From Leucoraja erinacea (Eukaryota), in the NCBI RefSeq assembly GCF_028641065.1, contig NC_073408.1, positions 5,022,001-5,086,000 of the forward strand: a stretch of 64,000 nt of DNA. The letters run 5' to 3'. Each line of letters opens with the position of its first letter. Positions within the stretch are counted from its first letter, which is position 1. Positions 24,859 through 35,473 of this stretch are shown piece by piece. The notes under the pieces were generated by a model. The model worked only from the letters and a program-made list of their open reading frames with translations, was not told where the DNA came from and searched no databases. The position numbers were made by a program, and so were the translations under genes.

Positions 24859-25125
24859 CCAGAGATGCTGTCTGACCCGCTGAGTTATTCCAGCTTTTTG
24901 TGTCTATCTTCTGTTTAAACCAGCATCTGCAGTTCCTTCCTACACAGACTATCTCTATTCATTTTGTCCAGAGATGCTGTCTGACCCGCTGAGTTACTCC
25001 AGCTTTTTGTGTCTATCTTCTGTTTAAACCAGCATCTGCAGTTCCTTCCTACACAGACTATCTCTATTCATTTTGTCCAGAGATGCTGTCTGACCCGCTG
25101 TGTTACTCCAGCACTTTGTGTGTAT
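24859..25125 (+). repeat. 109-bp tandem repeat (~2.4 copies) of the Penelope-derived repeat end
   Basis: AGAGATG at 24861, 24970 and 25079. Confidence 0.9.
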
Positions 25126-25213
25126 CATAGCCTAACCTAGACCAGTCCTAACCCCTTGGGTGGTTCAACTAATTTCATAATCTGGGAAGTATTGGAAGTT
25201 TAAAGTTGCTAGG

Positions 25214-25960
25214 TGTGTAGGAAGGAACTGCAGATGCTGGTTTAAACCGAAGATAAACGCAAAATGCAGGAGTAACTCAGCGGGACAAGCAGCATCTCTG
25301 GAGAGAAGGAATGGGTGACCTTTTGGGTCGAGCCCCTTCTTCAGACTGGGAGTCGGGGAGAGGGAAACCAGAGATAAGGAAGGTTTACAAAAAACATGTA
25401 AGGTGTCAAAATAACAGGTCAAAGCAGACGATGATCAAATACATGTAGAATGCTTCATTGCTGGTTTAAATTGAAAATAAACAAAATGTTGGAGCAACTC
25501 AGCCGGACAGGTAGCATCTCTGGAGAGAAGGAATATGACGTTTTGGGTCGAGATCCTTCTTCAGGCTGTGATTCAGGGGAGAGGGAAACGAGAGATATGG
25601 AAGGGTAAGGTGTGCAAAAGACAGACCAAAGGGGATGATGATCAAGGAAGTGTAGTATGGTTCATTGTTAGGGAGACGAAGATGACATGGGGCCACATAT
25701 TCAATAATATTTAATCAGGAGGACAGTGAAACTAGTCGGAGAACTAGGGTGGGGGAGCGATGGAGAGATAGGGAAAGCAAGGGTTACTTAAAGTTAGAGA
25801 AATCAATTTTCATACCGCTGGGTTGTAAGCTGCCCAAGTGAAATCTGAGGTGCTGTTCTTCCAATTTGCATTTGGCCTCACTCTGACAGTGGAGGAGGCC
25901 CAGGACAGAAAGGTCAGTGTGGCAATGGGGAGGGGAAGTTAAAATGTGAGTGATCAATAG
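25214..25960 (-). mobile_element. Penelope-like element 3' end: GIY-YIG endonuclease C-terminus plus tandem pLTR-like repeats
   Basis: DLSVLGLLHCQSEAKCKLEEQHLRFHLGSLQPSGMKIDF followed by two hammerhead-like repeat copies. Confidence 0.8.
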
Positions 25961-26213
25961 ATTGGCCACGGCTTCCACGGAAGGTGCAGTGAAACTGAGG
26001 GAATGGTCAGGCAACGTTTCAGTTTGATGGAATAGGGGAGGAAAATCTTTTCTGGCTTTCATCCCTCAAGTCTTCACAATAGGTACCAATGTATTCTGTG
26101 TTCCCATGCTGCTTGACCTGCTAAGTTCCTCCAGCACTATATGTTTTGATTCACAATGAGTCCACTTTTTAGGCGATGGTGTTTCATTTTTACCTTTTGC
26201 TTGTTTCCCTCAG

Positions 26214-26388
26214 TTGGTTATGCAGTGCTTTCAGTCAACGGGATGGATGTAAATGGAAGGTACATGGCTGACAACAGGGATGTGCTGGAGTATCTGAACA
26301 CCTCTTTTAATTACCCTTTGGCAATACGGTTTGGACGCCCTCGTTTGACATCCAACGAGAAATTAATGTTGGCCTCCATGTTTCACTC
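26214..26388 (+). CDS. TRAPPC4: TRAPPC4 exon 2 ([10 protein letters not shown]...[18 protein letters not shown])
   Basis: 175 nt; ctcag|...tc|gtaagt. Confidence 0.97.
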
Positions 26389-27017
26389 GTAAGTTTTATG
26401 TCAGAACAAAAATTAAATACTTGACTGTACAGGATTGATTATGAATGTTTATGTACTTTGTTATTGCTCTGAGGAGCTCTATTGTGTTTCTCCCTAGTGG
26501 TATGTGAATTATAGTGGGTACAATTTCCAAGGCCCGAACATGTTTGAAATGATGATCTAATTTTTCAACAAAATAAATGAGCTTCTGACATTTTGTCAAC
26601 TTCCCATCTACATGGGTACTACACTAATTTAGTTCAGAGATACAGCATGGTCACACAGGGAGAACGTGCAAACTCCACACAAGACAGCACCCAAGGTCAG
26701 GATAGATCCCGGGTCTCTGGCGCTGTGAGGCAGCAGTTCTACCAACTGCCCCACTGTGCTGCTTGCTATTCTTGCTTGTGAGCAGACCGGGTGAGAGTCT
26801 ATATGTTCCAAGAGGAGAAAATTACCAGACCCATCAGAATCAGTGTTTATTAATTGAATATTAGATGCACAATCTTTACAACATATTTTCTCATTAATGC
26901 TATCAGTGTTGGTAGAAATGTGCTCTGCTTTTTTGTGTGTGGGAGGGGGAGCTTTTGGAAGTATACTAATAATTGTCACGCTAAGTCACAAATTGATTTT
27001 TTAAATTCATTTCCCAG

Positions 27018-27121
27018 GTTGTTTGCAATTGGATCGCAGTTATCTCCGGAGCCTGGAAGTTCTGGGATTGAAGTACTAGAAACAGACACTTTCAAGCTGC
27101 ATTGCTTTCAAACCCTAACAG
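27018..27121 (+). CDS. TRAPPC4: TRAPPC4 exon 3 ([35 protein letters not shown])
   Basis: 104 nt; cccag|...g|gtgaa. Confidence 0.97.
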
Positions 27122-27705
27122 GTGAATAGCATGGTGTAATATTAACGTTCTGTTTATTGCTTCAGATTACTTCATCCATGCCCCTTTCTCCCCATAACAT
27201 AGAAAGTTTTCATGGTTGGGATAGCGCATCCATTTTGTTATCTCTCCAGTCAGGGTGGTCAAAGTCGCAGATGGTTTTAACAATACGTTCAAAACCATTT
27301 CTCACTGGTAGGAGGATTGGTAACCAGATCTAGGTCATGGGTGGCAGCGATGAAGAATTGGGCCGGCGGAGAGTGCTGGAGGTCGGAGAGGACCACGTGG
27401 GTGCTGGTAGTTGCACACTCTGCCAAGAACAAAGAGGGACACACGTGGGTGCTGGTAGTTGCACGCTCTGTACACTGAGAACAAAGAGGGACCCAGCATG
27501 GCGGGACCACTGAGAACAATGGGGGTCCCATTGGGGCCTAAATGGAATAGTTTGTAACTTTGTCAACGCTCTATATGTGGTGATCTTTGCATACCTCGGG
27601 AATGTAAAACAAAGAATCTCACTGTAGACAAAAGTGCTGGAGAAACTCAGCGGGTGTAGCAGCATCTATGGAGCAAAGGAAATAGGCAGGGGAAGAAGAA
27701 GAAGT

Positions 27706-27733
27706 CTGAAGAAGGGTTTCGGTCCGAAACGTC
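27706..27733 (+). ncRNA. minimal type I hammerhead ribozyme motif (PLE-associated)
   Basis: CUGAAGA-A-GGGU(UUCG)GUCC-GAAA-C-G-UC; intact core, loopless stem III. Confidence 0.6.
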
Positions 27734-28593
27734 GCCTATTTCCTTCGCTCCATAGATGCTGCTGCACCCGCTGAGTTTCTCCAGCACTTTTGTCTACCTT
27801 CGATTTTGCAGCGTCTGCAGTTCCTTCTTAAACAAGAATCTCACTGTGACGTGTCACATGTGATAGTAAAGTATAATTCATTAATTCAGATGACTGACTA
27901 AAGGAGCCTGGAAGTTTTGGATGAAGGCAAGGCCCTCAGAATCATTTTGGGGCTGAGGTGTTTTGGTTGCAAAGTTAAGTCGGACAAATTGGGGCTTTGC
28001 TCCTTGGAGTAGAGGATGGGGAGTGGACTTGACACGGGATGTACAGGATCGTGACTGGGATGAAAGCGATAAACTGTTCCACTTTGGACGAGGACCTATT
28101 TAACGTGATTGAGGTGGGTGTTGCTGCGAGAAAAATGCTTCTTGCCAAATGAAAGGTTGTGACCTGATCCATTCTGGATGTGGAGACAGCCACCCACAGG
28201 ATTTTGCTAGGAATTCGATGCAGAATATTTTGATTCCAATATATGAAGATGATGGGCAAAGAGACCCATAGTCAGATGCTGTGTTCTGCAGAATTTTACC
28301 TGAAAGGAAGGCGGAACTGGATGCATAAATTCATTGGACGCTTGAAGGGGAAAAATCTGCGGGGCTGTGGGGAAAGATCAGTGGGCGAGGATTAAACAAA
28401 AAGCTCTGTTACAGAGTAGGCACAGGATGGAAGGTTTGTCCTTTTGCATCATTCTATGGTCCTGTTTTTCCCCTGAAATGTTCTGTCATGTTTCAGTAAA
28501 ATAACCTCATTGTCCTTGAGCAATTTTCAGAAGGTTTACTGCTGAAGCTCCTCTTTATGTGATGTGCGTTTATTCTCGTTTTCTTCATTAAAG

Positions 28594-28720
28594 GAATTAA
28601 GTTCATTGTGTTGGCCGACCCTCGACAAGCTGGGATTGATTCCCTCCTCCGGAAGATTTACGAAATTTATTCGGACTATGCTCTTAAAAACCCGTTCTAC
28701 TCTCTTGAGATGCCGATCAG
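28594..28720 (+). CDS. TRAPPC4: TRAPPC4 exon 4 ([42 protein letters not shown])
   Basis: 127 nt; conserved KNPFY motif. Confidence 0.97.
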
Positions 28721-30870
28721 GTGGGTCTCTGAGGAGGGATCATGAACATACACATTTTATTTCAGCTAAAAGGGGATGACTCTGCACTGTGAAGTGTTGC
28801 AACACAAAGTGCTGAATTAACTCAGCAGGCCAGACAGCATCGCTGGAGAACATGGATAGGAGACGTTTTGGGTCAGGACCCTTCCTCAGTCGAATCAGTC
28901 TGAAGAAGGGTCCCGACCAGAAACGTCACCTATCCACGTTCCCCTAAGATGCTGCCTGACCTGCTGAGTTACTCCAACACTTTGTGTCCTCTTGTGCAAA
29001 CGAGCATCTGCAGTTCCTTGTTTCTAGATTCAAACTTCAACTTTATTCAGCGGGTCAGACAGCATCTGTGGAGGGAATGGACAGACAGCGCTTCAGGCCG
29101 CGACTCTTCTGCAGACTCCAATATTTCAGGTTGTGATCCTTCTTCAGACAGATGCTGCCTGACCCGCTGAGTTCCTCCTGCAATTTGTGTTTTGCTCAAG
29201 ATTCCAACATCTGCAGTTTCACGTCTCCTTCATTCTATTTCGTCAGCCTCCTCAACAGCTGCTTCAATTATAAACTAACAGCTTCAGGGACACTGCTGCT
29301 GGGGTAGACATTCACCGAGCCCAGTTCCAAAATAGTGCAGGATCACCGATCATTAGATTCACTGCTTTTCCTTGCCACATTTGTTCCTTTCACTTTTCCA
29401 TCTGTTCTCATGTTAATCCCACACAAAGACTTAGTTCCGTGAAGGATCTGCTCAAAAATCTGATGTTCTGAAGAAAATATAGTTGCTGTGCATTTAAGTA
29501 ATTGTGTATGTTCTGCCAATTGTGTTCATTGAGTTCAGCGTGGAAACAGGCCCTTTGGAGACTTGCCCACACCCGCCAACATGTCCCATCTACACTAGTC
29601 ACACCTGCCTGTGTTTGGCTCGTATCCCTTTAAACCTATCCTATCCATGTACCTGTCCAAATGTTTCTTAAATGTTGCGAGTGTACCTGCCTCAACTACC
29701 TCCTCCGGCAGCTCATTCCATACCCCCGCCACCCTTAGTGTGGAAAAAGTTACCCCTCGGGTTCCTATTAAATCTTCCCCCAGCTACCTCACTTTAAAAC
29801 TATGTCCTCCGGTTCTCGATTACCCTACACTGGGCAAGTGACTGTGCGTTCTTGAGACAATGGGACCATTCTTTTTGTAAAGTACTGGGAGATTTTATTT
29901 ATTCTTTTCATCACAATAGTTTGAGATTGATGGATGTAAACAAAATATCCACTCACATTGTGGTGGCCTCCAATTAATGTTTGTGCAGAACATTCTATAA
30001 GGGTAATTTGGGTGTAGATGAATGCTAGACCCTCCTAGCTTCAAGGAATATTCAAAGTGTTCCTGGTCAAGGATATGGGTCACAGTTCCTGATCCTTGGG
30101 TATGAGGGTCCACAGGAAGATCTAGATGAAGAAAGTGACAATTGAAACATTTTACAAACCTAAATGTTTTCAAAACAGTATTGCTCTTGTATTCCTTTAT
30201 ATGTTAATGCCAAGGATCAGGGTGTCACTGGCATTTATTACCCATCCCTAATTGAGTTCATAAGTTATAGGAGCAGAATTAGGCCATTCGGCCCATCATG
30301 TCTATTCCACCATTCAATTAACTTGGAGAAGGTGTGGGAGGCCCACTGTCCTCAATCACTGTATTCCAAGTGTACTTGGGAGTACATGGACGTGTGAATT
30401 CACCCCATATTAATGTGCTCTTGTGGGAGGAACTATTCCCCAAGTACTTGGACAAAAGACTTGGCTATTTCAGCTGAGTCTTCTTGCCTACACTGAGCAG
30501 ACATGCTGAGGCTGCCAATGTTCACTTGATGATTGTAGAAACCAGCAACTGTGTGGATGCTGGTTCACCAAGGAAAGGCACAAAATTCTGAAGTGACTCA
30601 GTGGGTCAAGCAGCATCCCTGGAGAACACGGATAGGTGACTTTTTGAGATGGAACCCTTCTTCAAAACTAAAGAAAGGTCCCGAGCCAAAAATGTCACCT
30701 ATCCGTGCTCTGCAGAGATGTTGCCTGACCCGCTGAGTCACTTCAGAATTTTGTGTCTTTCCTCCAGTTAGTGATTATCTTGGTTGTGGACTATTGTTAT
30801 AAAACATGGTGCAATTGTACAATTTAGAACACAACCTTTCCTGCTTAACCACTTTGGTTTTTATCTGCAG

Positions 30871-30949
30871 GTGCGATCTCTTTGAACAGAATTTGAAAGT
30901 GGCTTTGGAAGTAGCGGAAAAAGCCGGAACAATTGGCACAGCATCTTGA
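30871..30949 (+). CDS. TRAPPC4: TRAPPC4 exon 5 ([25 protein letters not shown])
   Basis: exons sum to 660 nt = 219 aa + stop; AATAAA at 31087-31092. Confidence 0.96.
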
Positions 30950-31316
30950 CCCCCAGCTGTGAGGCTGTAATCTCTTCAGAGGGTTACATCGGGCTGTTGT
31001 ATATATCTTTTGCATTCAGTAGTACTGGGCTAGGAAACTGAATACAGGAAAGTGTAATTTGATGCAAGTGGGAAATGTACATAGGAAATAAATGCATTGT
31101 AAGCATCTGATCACTTGGTTCTTTCAACTCATCATTAGACACGGGTGAGGTGCCGGATGACTGGAGGGTGGCTAATGTGCCTCAAGCATAGGGATGGTTA
31201 ACGTTTTCGTGTCGAGACCCTGCATCGGGACTCTTGGCGTTGTTCCAGCAATTTGTATTTTGCTCCGAATTACAGCATCTGCAGTCTCTAGTGTCACCAG
31301 CGCTCATGAATATATC

Positions 31317-31335
31317 TGCCACTAGAGGGAGGCAG
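31317..31335 (+). promoter_or_regulatory. putative CTCF site between TRAPPC4 and the JAM3-like gene
   Basis: TGCCACTAGAGGGAGGC resembles the CTCF core CCACYAGRKGGC. Confidence 0.45.
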
Positions 31336-34300
31336 TGTGCAATCTGCCACAAGGTTTGCATTATAGGGCATCAGAATTTTATCAGCAAATGCTGAGTGGT
31401 TCGGATGAGTTTCTAGCAGTGATTAGGCTGGTTCAGCACGTTGTTACTCTTTGCAGACAGGGCTGAAGAAAACATCATGTTGCAGCGAGAGTTGTCACAA
31501 CTCCGAACTAGATTTAGGTTTATTGTTGTCATATTCCGAGGTACAGTGAAAAACTTTGTTCTGTGTGCCATCCAAACATATCTGATATACCATGTACGTA
31601 AATACAATCAAGTGAAACTCAATTACAATAGGTAGAGCAAAGGGGAAGATACAGAGTGCAGAATATAGTTCTTAGCATTGCAGTGCATGAATACCATAGA
31701 CAAAGTCCAGTGCACACATTAGGGTGGAGGTGAATCGGGCAGTACACTAACTGATGGAGGGACTATTCAGAAGGCTGATAACGGAGGGGAAGAAGCTGTT
31801 CCTGAGTCTGGTGGTGCGCACTTTCAAGCTTCTGGACCTACTGCTGATTTATTCGGAATGACCCATTCTACATACTTTTTCAGATTGACTTCAGCTAGAT
31901 CATTGGACGTGGTGTGCACTTTGATCCATTTAACTGATTTATTTCCCGTACTTGTTATTGTTGTCCTGTCTAACTACTAATTTGATAAAGCACGTCCAGC
32001 TGCAATTTATTGTTTATCTTCCTCTCCTTGTTTATCCTGGAATGTCGCTAACTTCAGGATTTAATTCTGAAAATGTATACGAACTTTACTGTAATTTATG
32101 TTCTCAACACAACAACTCTGTAGGGGTTGGGGTGAGGGGGGGGGGGGGGGGGGGGGGGGGGGCTCGGGGTGGGGGTTGTGTTTCATCATTGACAGTGCCA
32201 GAACTGCAAACTTTACACTTTTCTTCTGTGACTTTGGAATCAAGAACCAGGGGAAATAGGTTTACCGTGAGAGAGAAAGCATTTAATGGGAACCTGAGGG
32301 GCAGCATCTTTTTCAATCAGAGGGTGGTGGGTATAAGGAACGAGCTGCCAGAGGAGATAGTTGAGGCAAGTCCTATATTAATGTTTAAACAACATTTGGA
32401 TAGGTACATGGATAGGAATGTTTAGGCCGGATATGGGCCAAATGTGGGGAGATGAGACTCATGTAGATGGCATGGGAAAGCTGTGCTGAAGGACCTGTTT
32501 TCATGCTGTTCGACTGTGATTCTAATGTTGAAAACCTTATTCGGCACTCGTATCTTTCTTTCCCTTTATTCTACCCATTGTACTTGAGTTTGGCTTGATT
32601 GCAGTTTTGACTGGTATAATCTGATCAAATTGGGTAGCATGCAATACAAAACGTTTTACTGTACCTCAGTACCTGTGATGGACTGGGCAGTAGCAACAGT
32701 AAAGATTGATGGCAAGACTGCAGGATGTAGTGGAAGAAGGTAAGATCAGTAGGATAATTGGAGTAGGATCGGTAGGATAATATGTTCTACGTCAGACTCA
32801 ACGACACTGTTCATGAAAGTAGCCCATTAGACTACATTAACCTTCTTTAGACTGAAGAAAGATCTCAACCTGAAATGCGTGTCAAGTCTGTAGAAAGGTC
32901 CTGACCAGAAACATCATCTGTCTAACCTTCCACGGATGCTGCTTGACCTGCTGAGTTGTTCCAGCACATTGCTTTTTGCTCAGGATTCCAGCTTCTGCAG
33001 TTTCTTGTATCTCTGCCTTCCATACATTAAATAATGGCATCTGTCGCTTTTTATATCTCCTCTTATCACTTACCAACCTCCTGTTTCTACTACCACTTTC
33101 CTCCCTCCCCCATAGGCTCCATCTGCCCCATTTCAATGATGCAGCAAAATGTCCAACGAGATCTCTGGTGCCCAGCCACCGATTCTGTGTCACCCAATTT
33201 GCAACTTCATTCATCCAGAATGAAAATATCCCTTTATATCGCTTGTGTGTTGTTCTGTCTCCACCGGTTGTGTTTCATCACTGACATTAACTGAATGGTG
33301 AAGAACTCTCTAGTCCTTGTATTCAGAGAGTAACTCAAATTTCACTTAATTGGTACATGTGACAATAAACTGACCTTGAAACCTTGAATATTCTAAAATA
33401 TCAGAGAGGCACACGAAATTGCAGATGCTGGAATTTGAGCAAAACTACAAACTGCTGGAGGAGCTTGGGTCAGAGAACATCTGTGGAGAGCTTTGACAGA
33501 TGATGTTTCGGATCGGGACTCGTCTTCAGTCTAAACTGGAAACACTTGGACAGTCAGGTAGCATCCGTAGAAAGGGAAATGGATAAACATTCAGATCCTA
33601 AAATGTTAACTCTCTGTTTCCATAGATGCTCTTGACCAGCTGTATGTTTCCAGCATTCTTTCTATTTCAGATTTTAAAGTTTCATTGAGATTCAGATTAG
33701 TTTGTCATATACAAAAGGGAGCAATTAAATTATTTGTTCAGCCGCCCTACTAGTCATATGCCTTGTATATTAAAATAGTTGCATGTTAACCTTGCATTCC
33801 TCCCACATTCTTTATCACACTCATCCATGTCAGCTCAGCCTGCTGGTCTAATTTAGTTTTCCTTTTACATGTGATTGCACTTTTCCTAACAATACATCAA
33901 CTATCTGTCCCTATTCCCAGCCAAATTTGTTTAACCTAAAGCAGCAGCAAACTCCCTCACAAGAATATTATAGCCATCCTAGTTCATATGTAACAAACCA
34001 TCCTTGACATGTCCTGTCTTTCCCAGAAAAGGTCCCAGTCATCGAGAAATCCAAAGCTTTCCCTCCTATACCATCCCTGAAAGAAAAATAACTGTTATTA
34101 CAGCTCTGAAACTCTCTGCCCCCCAGTCTCCATTGCCACAGTTGTTTGTATAATGTGATTTTCTATAGCGCAAGGTTTCTGAGGATCACGACCATTGAAT
34201 TGTAGGAGAACCTCCTGTATTGCGATGTTCCTTGTTGTTTGTGTTCCGTCAGCTCTACTACGTGAGTTCGCCTGAGCCCGGCCGTCACCCAAATTACATG

Positions 34301-34391
34301 TACATCAATCCTGTGTGTTATTCTGCTCCTGACCACCCACCGACCGGGCATCTCTCCCTGGTGGTCTCGAGGCCACACATGCTCTCCCCTC

Positions 34392-35375
34392 TGTTGCCAT
34401 GGCGCCTGACCCTGTGCCATGGTGCTGGACCCCGTTACCATGGCGTTGTTTCCCCCCGTTGCCATGGTGACCTCCCCCATAGCCATGGCGCTGGACCTCA
34501 TCTCCCCGTTGCCATGGCGCTGGATCCCGTTGCCATGGCGCTGGATCCCGTTGCCATGGCGCTGAACCTCATCCCCCCCCGTTGCCATGAGCCTGGATCC
34601 CCGTTGCCATGGCGCTGAATCCCCGTTGCCATGGCGCTGGACCCCCGTTGCCATGGCGCTGGACCCCCGTTGCCATGGCGCTGGACCCCCGTTGCCATGG
34701 CGCTGGACCCCCGTTGCCATGGAGCTGGACCCCCGCTGCCATGGAGCTGGACCCCCGTTGCTGTGGCGCTGAACCTCATCTCCCCGTTGCCATGGTGCTG
34801 GACCCCCGTTGCCATGGAGCTGGACCCCCCGTTGCCATGGCGCTGGACCCCCGTTGCCATGGCGCTGGACCCCCGTTGCCATGGCGCTGGTCCCCCGTTG
34901 CCATGGCGCTGAATCCCCGTTGCCATGGCGCTGGACCCCAGTTGCCATGGCGCTGGACCCCCGTTGCCATGGCGCTGGACCCCCCTTGCCATGGAGCTGG
35001 ACCCCCCGTTGCCATGGAGCTGGACCCCCGTTGCCATGGAGCTGGACCCCCCGTTGCCATGGTGCTGGACCCCCGTTGCCATGGTGCTGGACCCCCGTTG
35101 CCATGGTGCTGGACCCCCGTTGCCATGACGCTGGACCCCCGTTGCCATGGTGCTGGACCGCTGTTGCCATGGAGCTGGACCCCCGTTGCCGTGTCGCTGA
35201 ACTTCATCTCCCCGTTGCCATGGAGCTGGACCCCCGTTGCCATGGAGCTGGACCCCCGTTGCCATGGTGCTGGACCCCCGTTGCCATGACGCTGGACCCC
35301 GTTGCCATGGAGCTGGACCCCCGTTGCCATGGTGCTGGACTCCCGTTGCCATGACGCTGGACCCCGTTGCCATGA
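34392..35375. repeat. 22-bp minisatellite (CCCCGTTGCCATGGCGCTGGAC)n, ~40-45 units
   Basis: directly visible; ends ~45 nt upstream of the JAM3-like ATG. Confidence 0.97.
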
Positions 35376-35430
35376 CACTGCGCGAGCGGAGTGCGCATGC
35401 CCAGTGACGGGCGGGTTGAAGATGGCGGGC
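35376..35430 (+). promoter_or_regulatory. JAM3-like CpG-rich promoter/5'UTR with NRF1-like and YY1-like motifs
   Basis: TGCGCATGCCC at ~35392-35402; AAGATGGCGG overlapping the ATG; CpG-rich to ~35680. Confidence 0.6.
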
Positions 35431-35473
35431 GGGGTGTCGCTGCTGCCGCCGCTCTGCATCGTGCTGGCCCACG
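35422..35473 (+). CDS. JAM3: JAM3-like exon 1, signal peptide (MAGGVSLLPPLCIVLAH-V)
   Basis: aagATGg in a CpG island, hydrophobic leader, strong g|gtaagt phase-1 donor, in frame with the exon at 61826. Confidence 0.8.

Noticed and set aside
28721-30870. Possible U12-type introns (CTTAACC near the TRAPPC4 last acceptor; TTCCTGAAT near CENATAC 5214), considered because CENATAC acts in minor splicing
   Set aside because: Donors are GTGGGT and GTTGGT, not RTATCCTT; all modelled introns look like U2 GT-AG
32136-32162. Long poly-G runs (also 9834-9873)
   Set aside because: Simple homopolymers of unreliable length with no further structure
34392-35375. CRISPR-like appearance of regularly spaced repeats
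   Set aside because: No unique spacers, no cas genes, eukaryotic context
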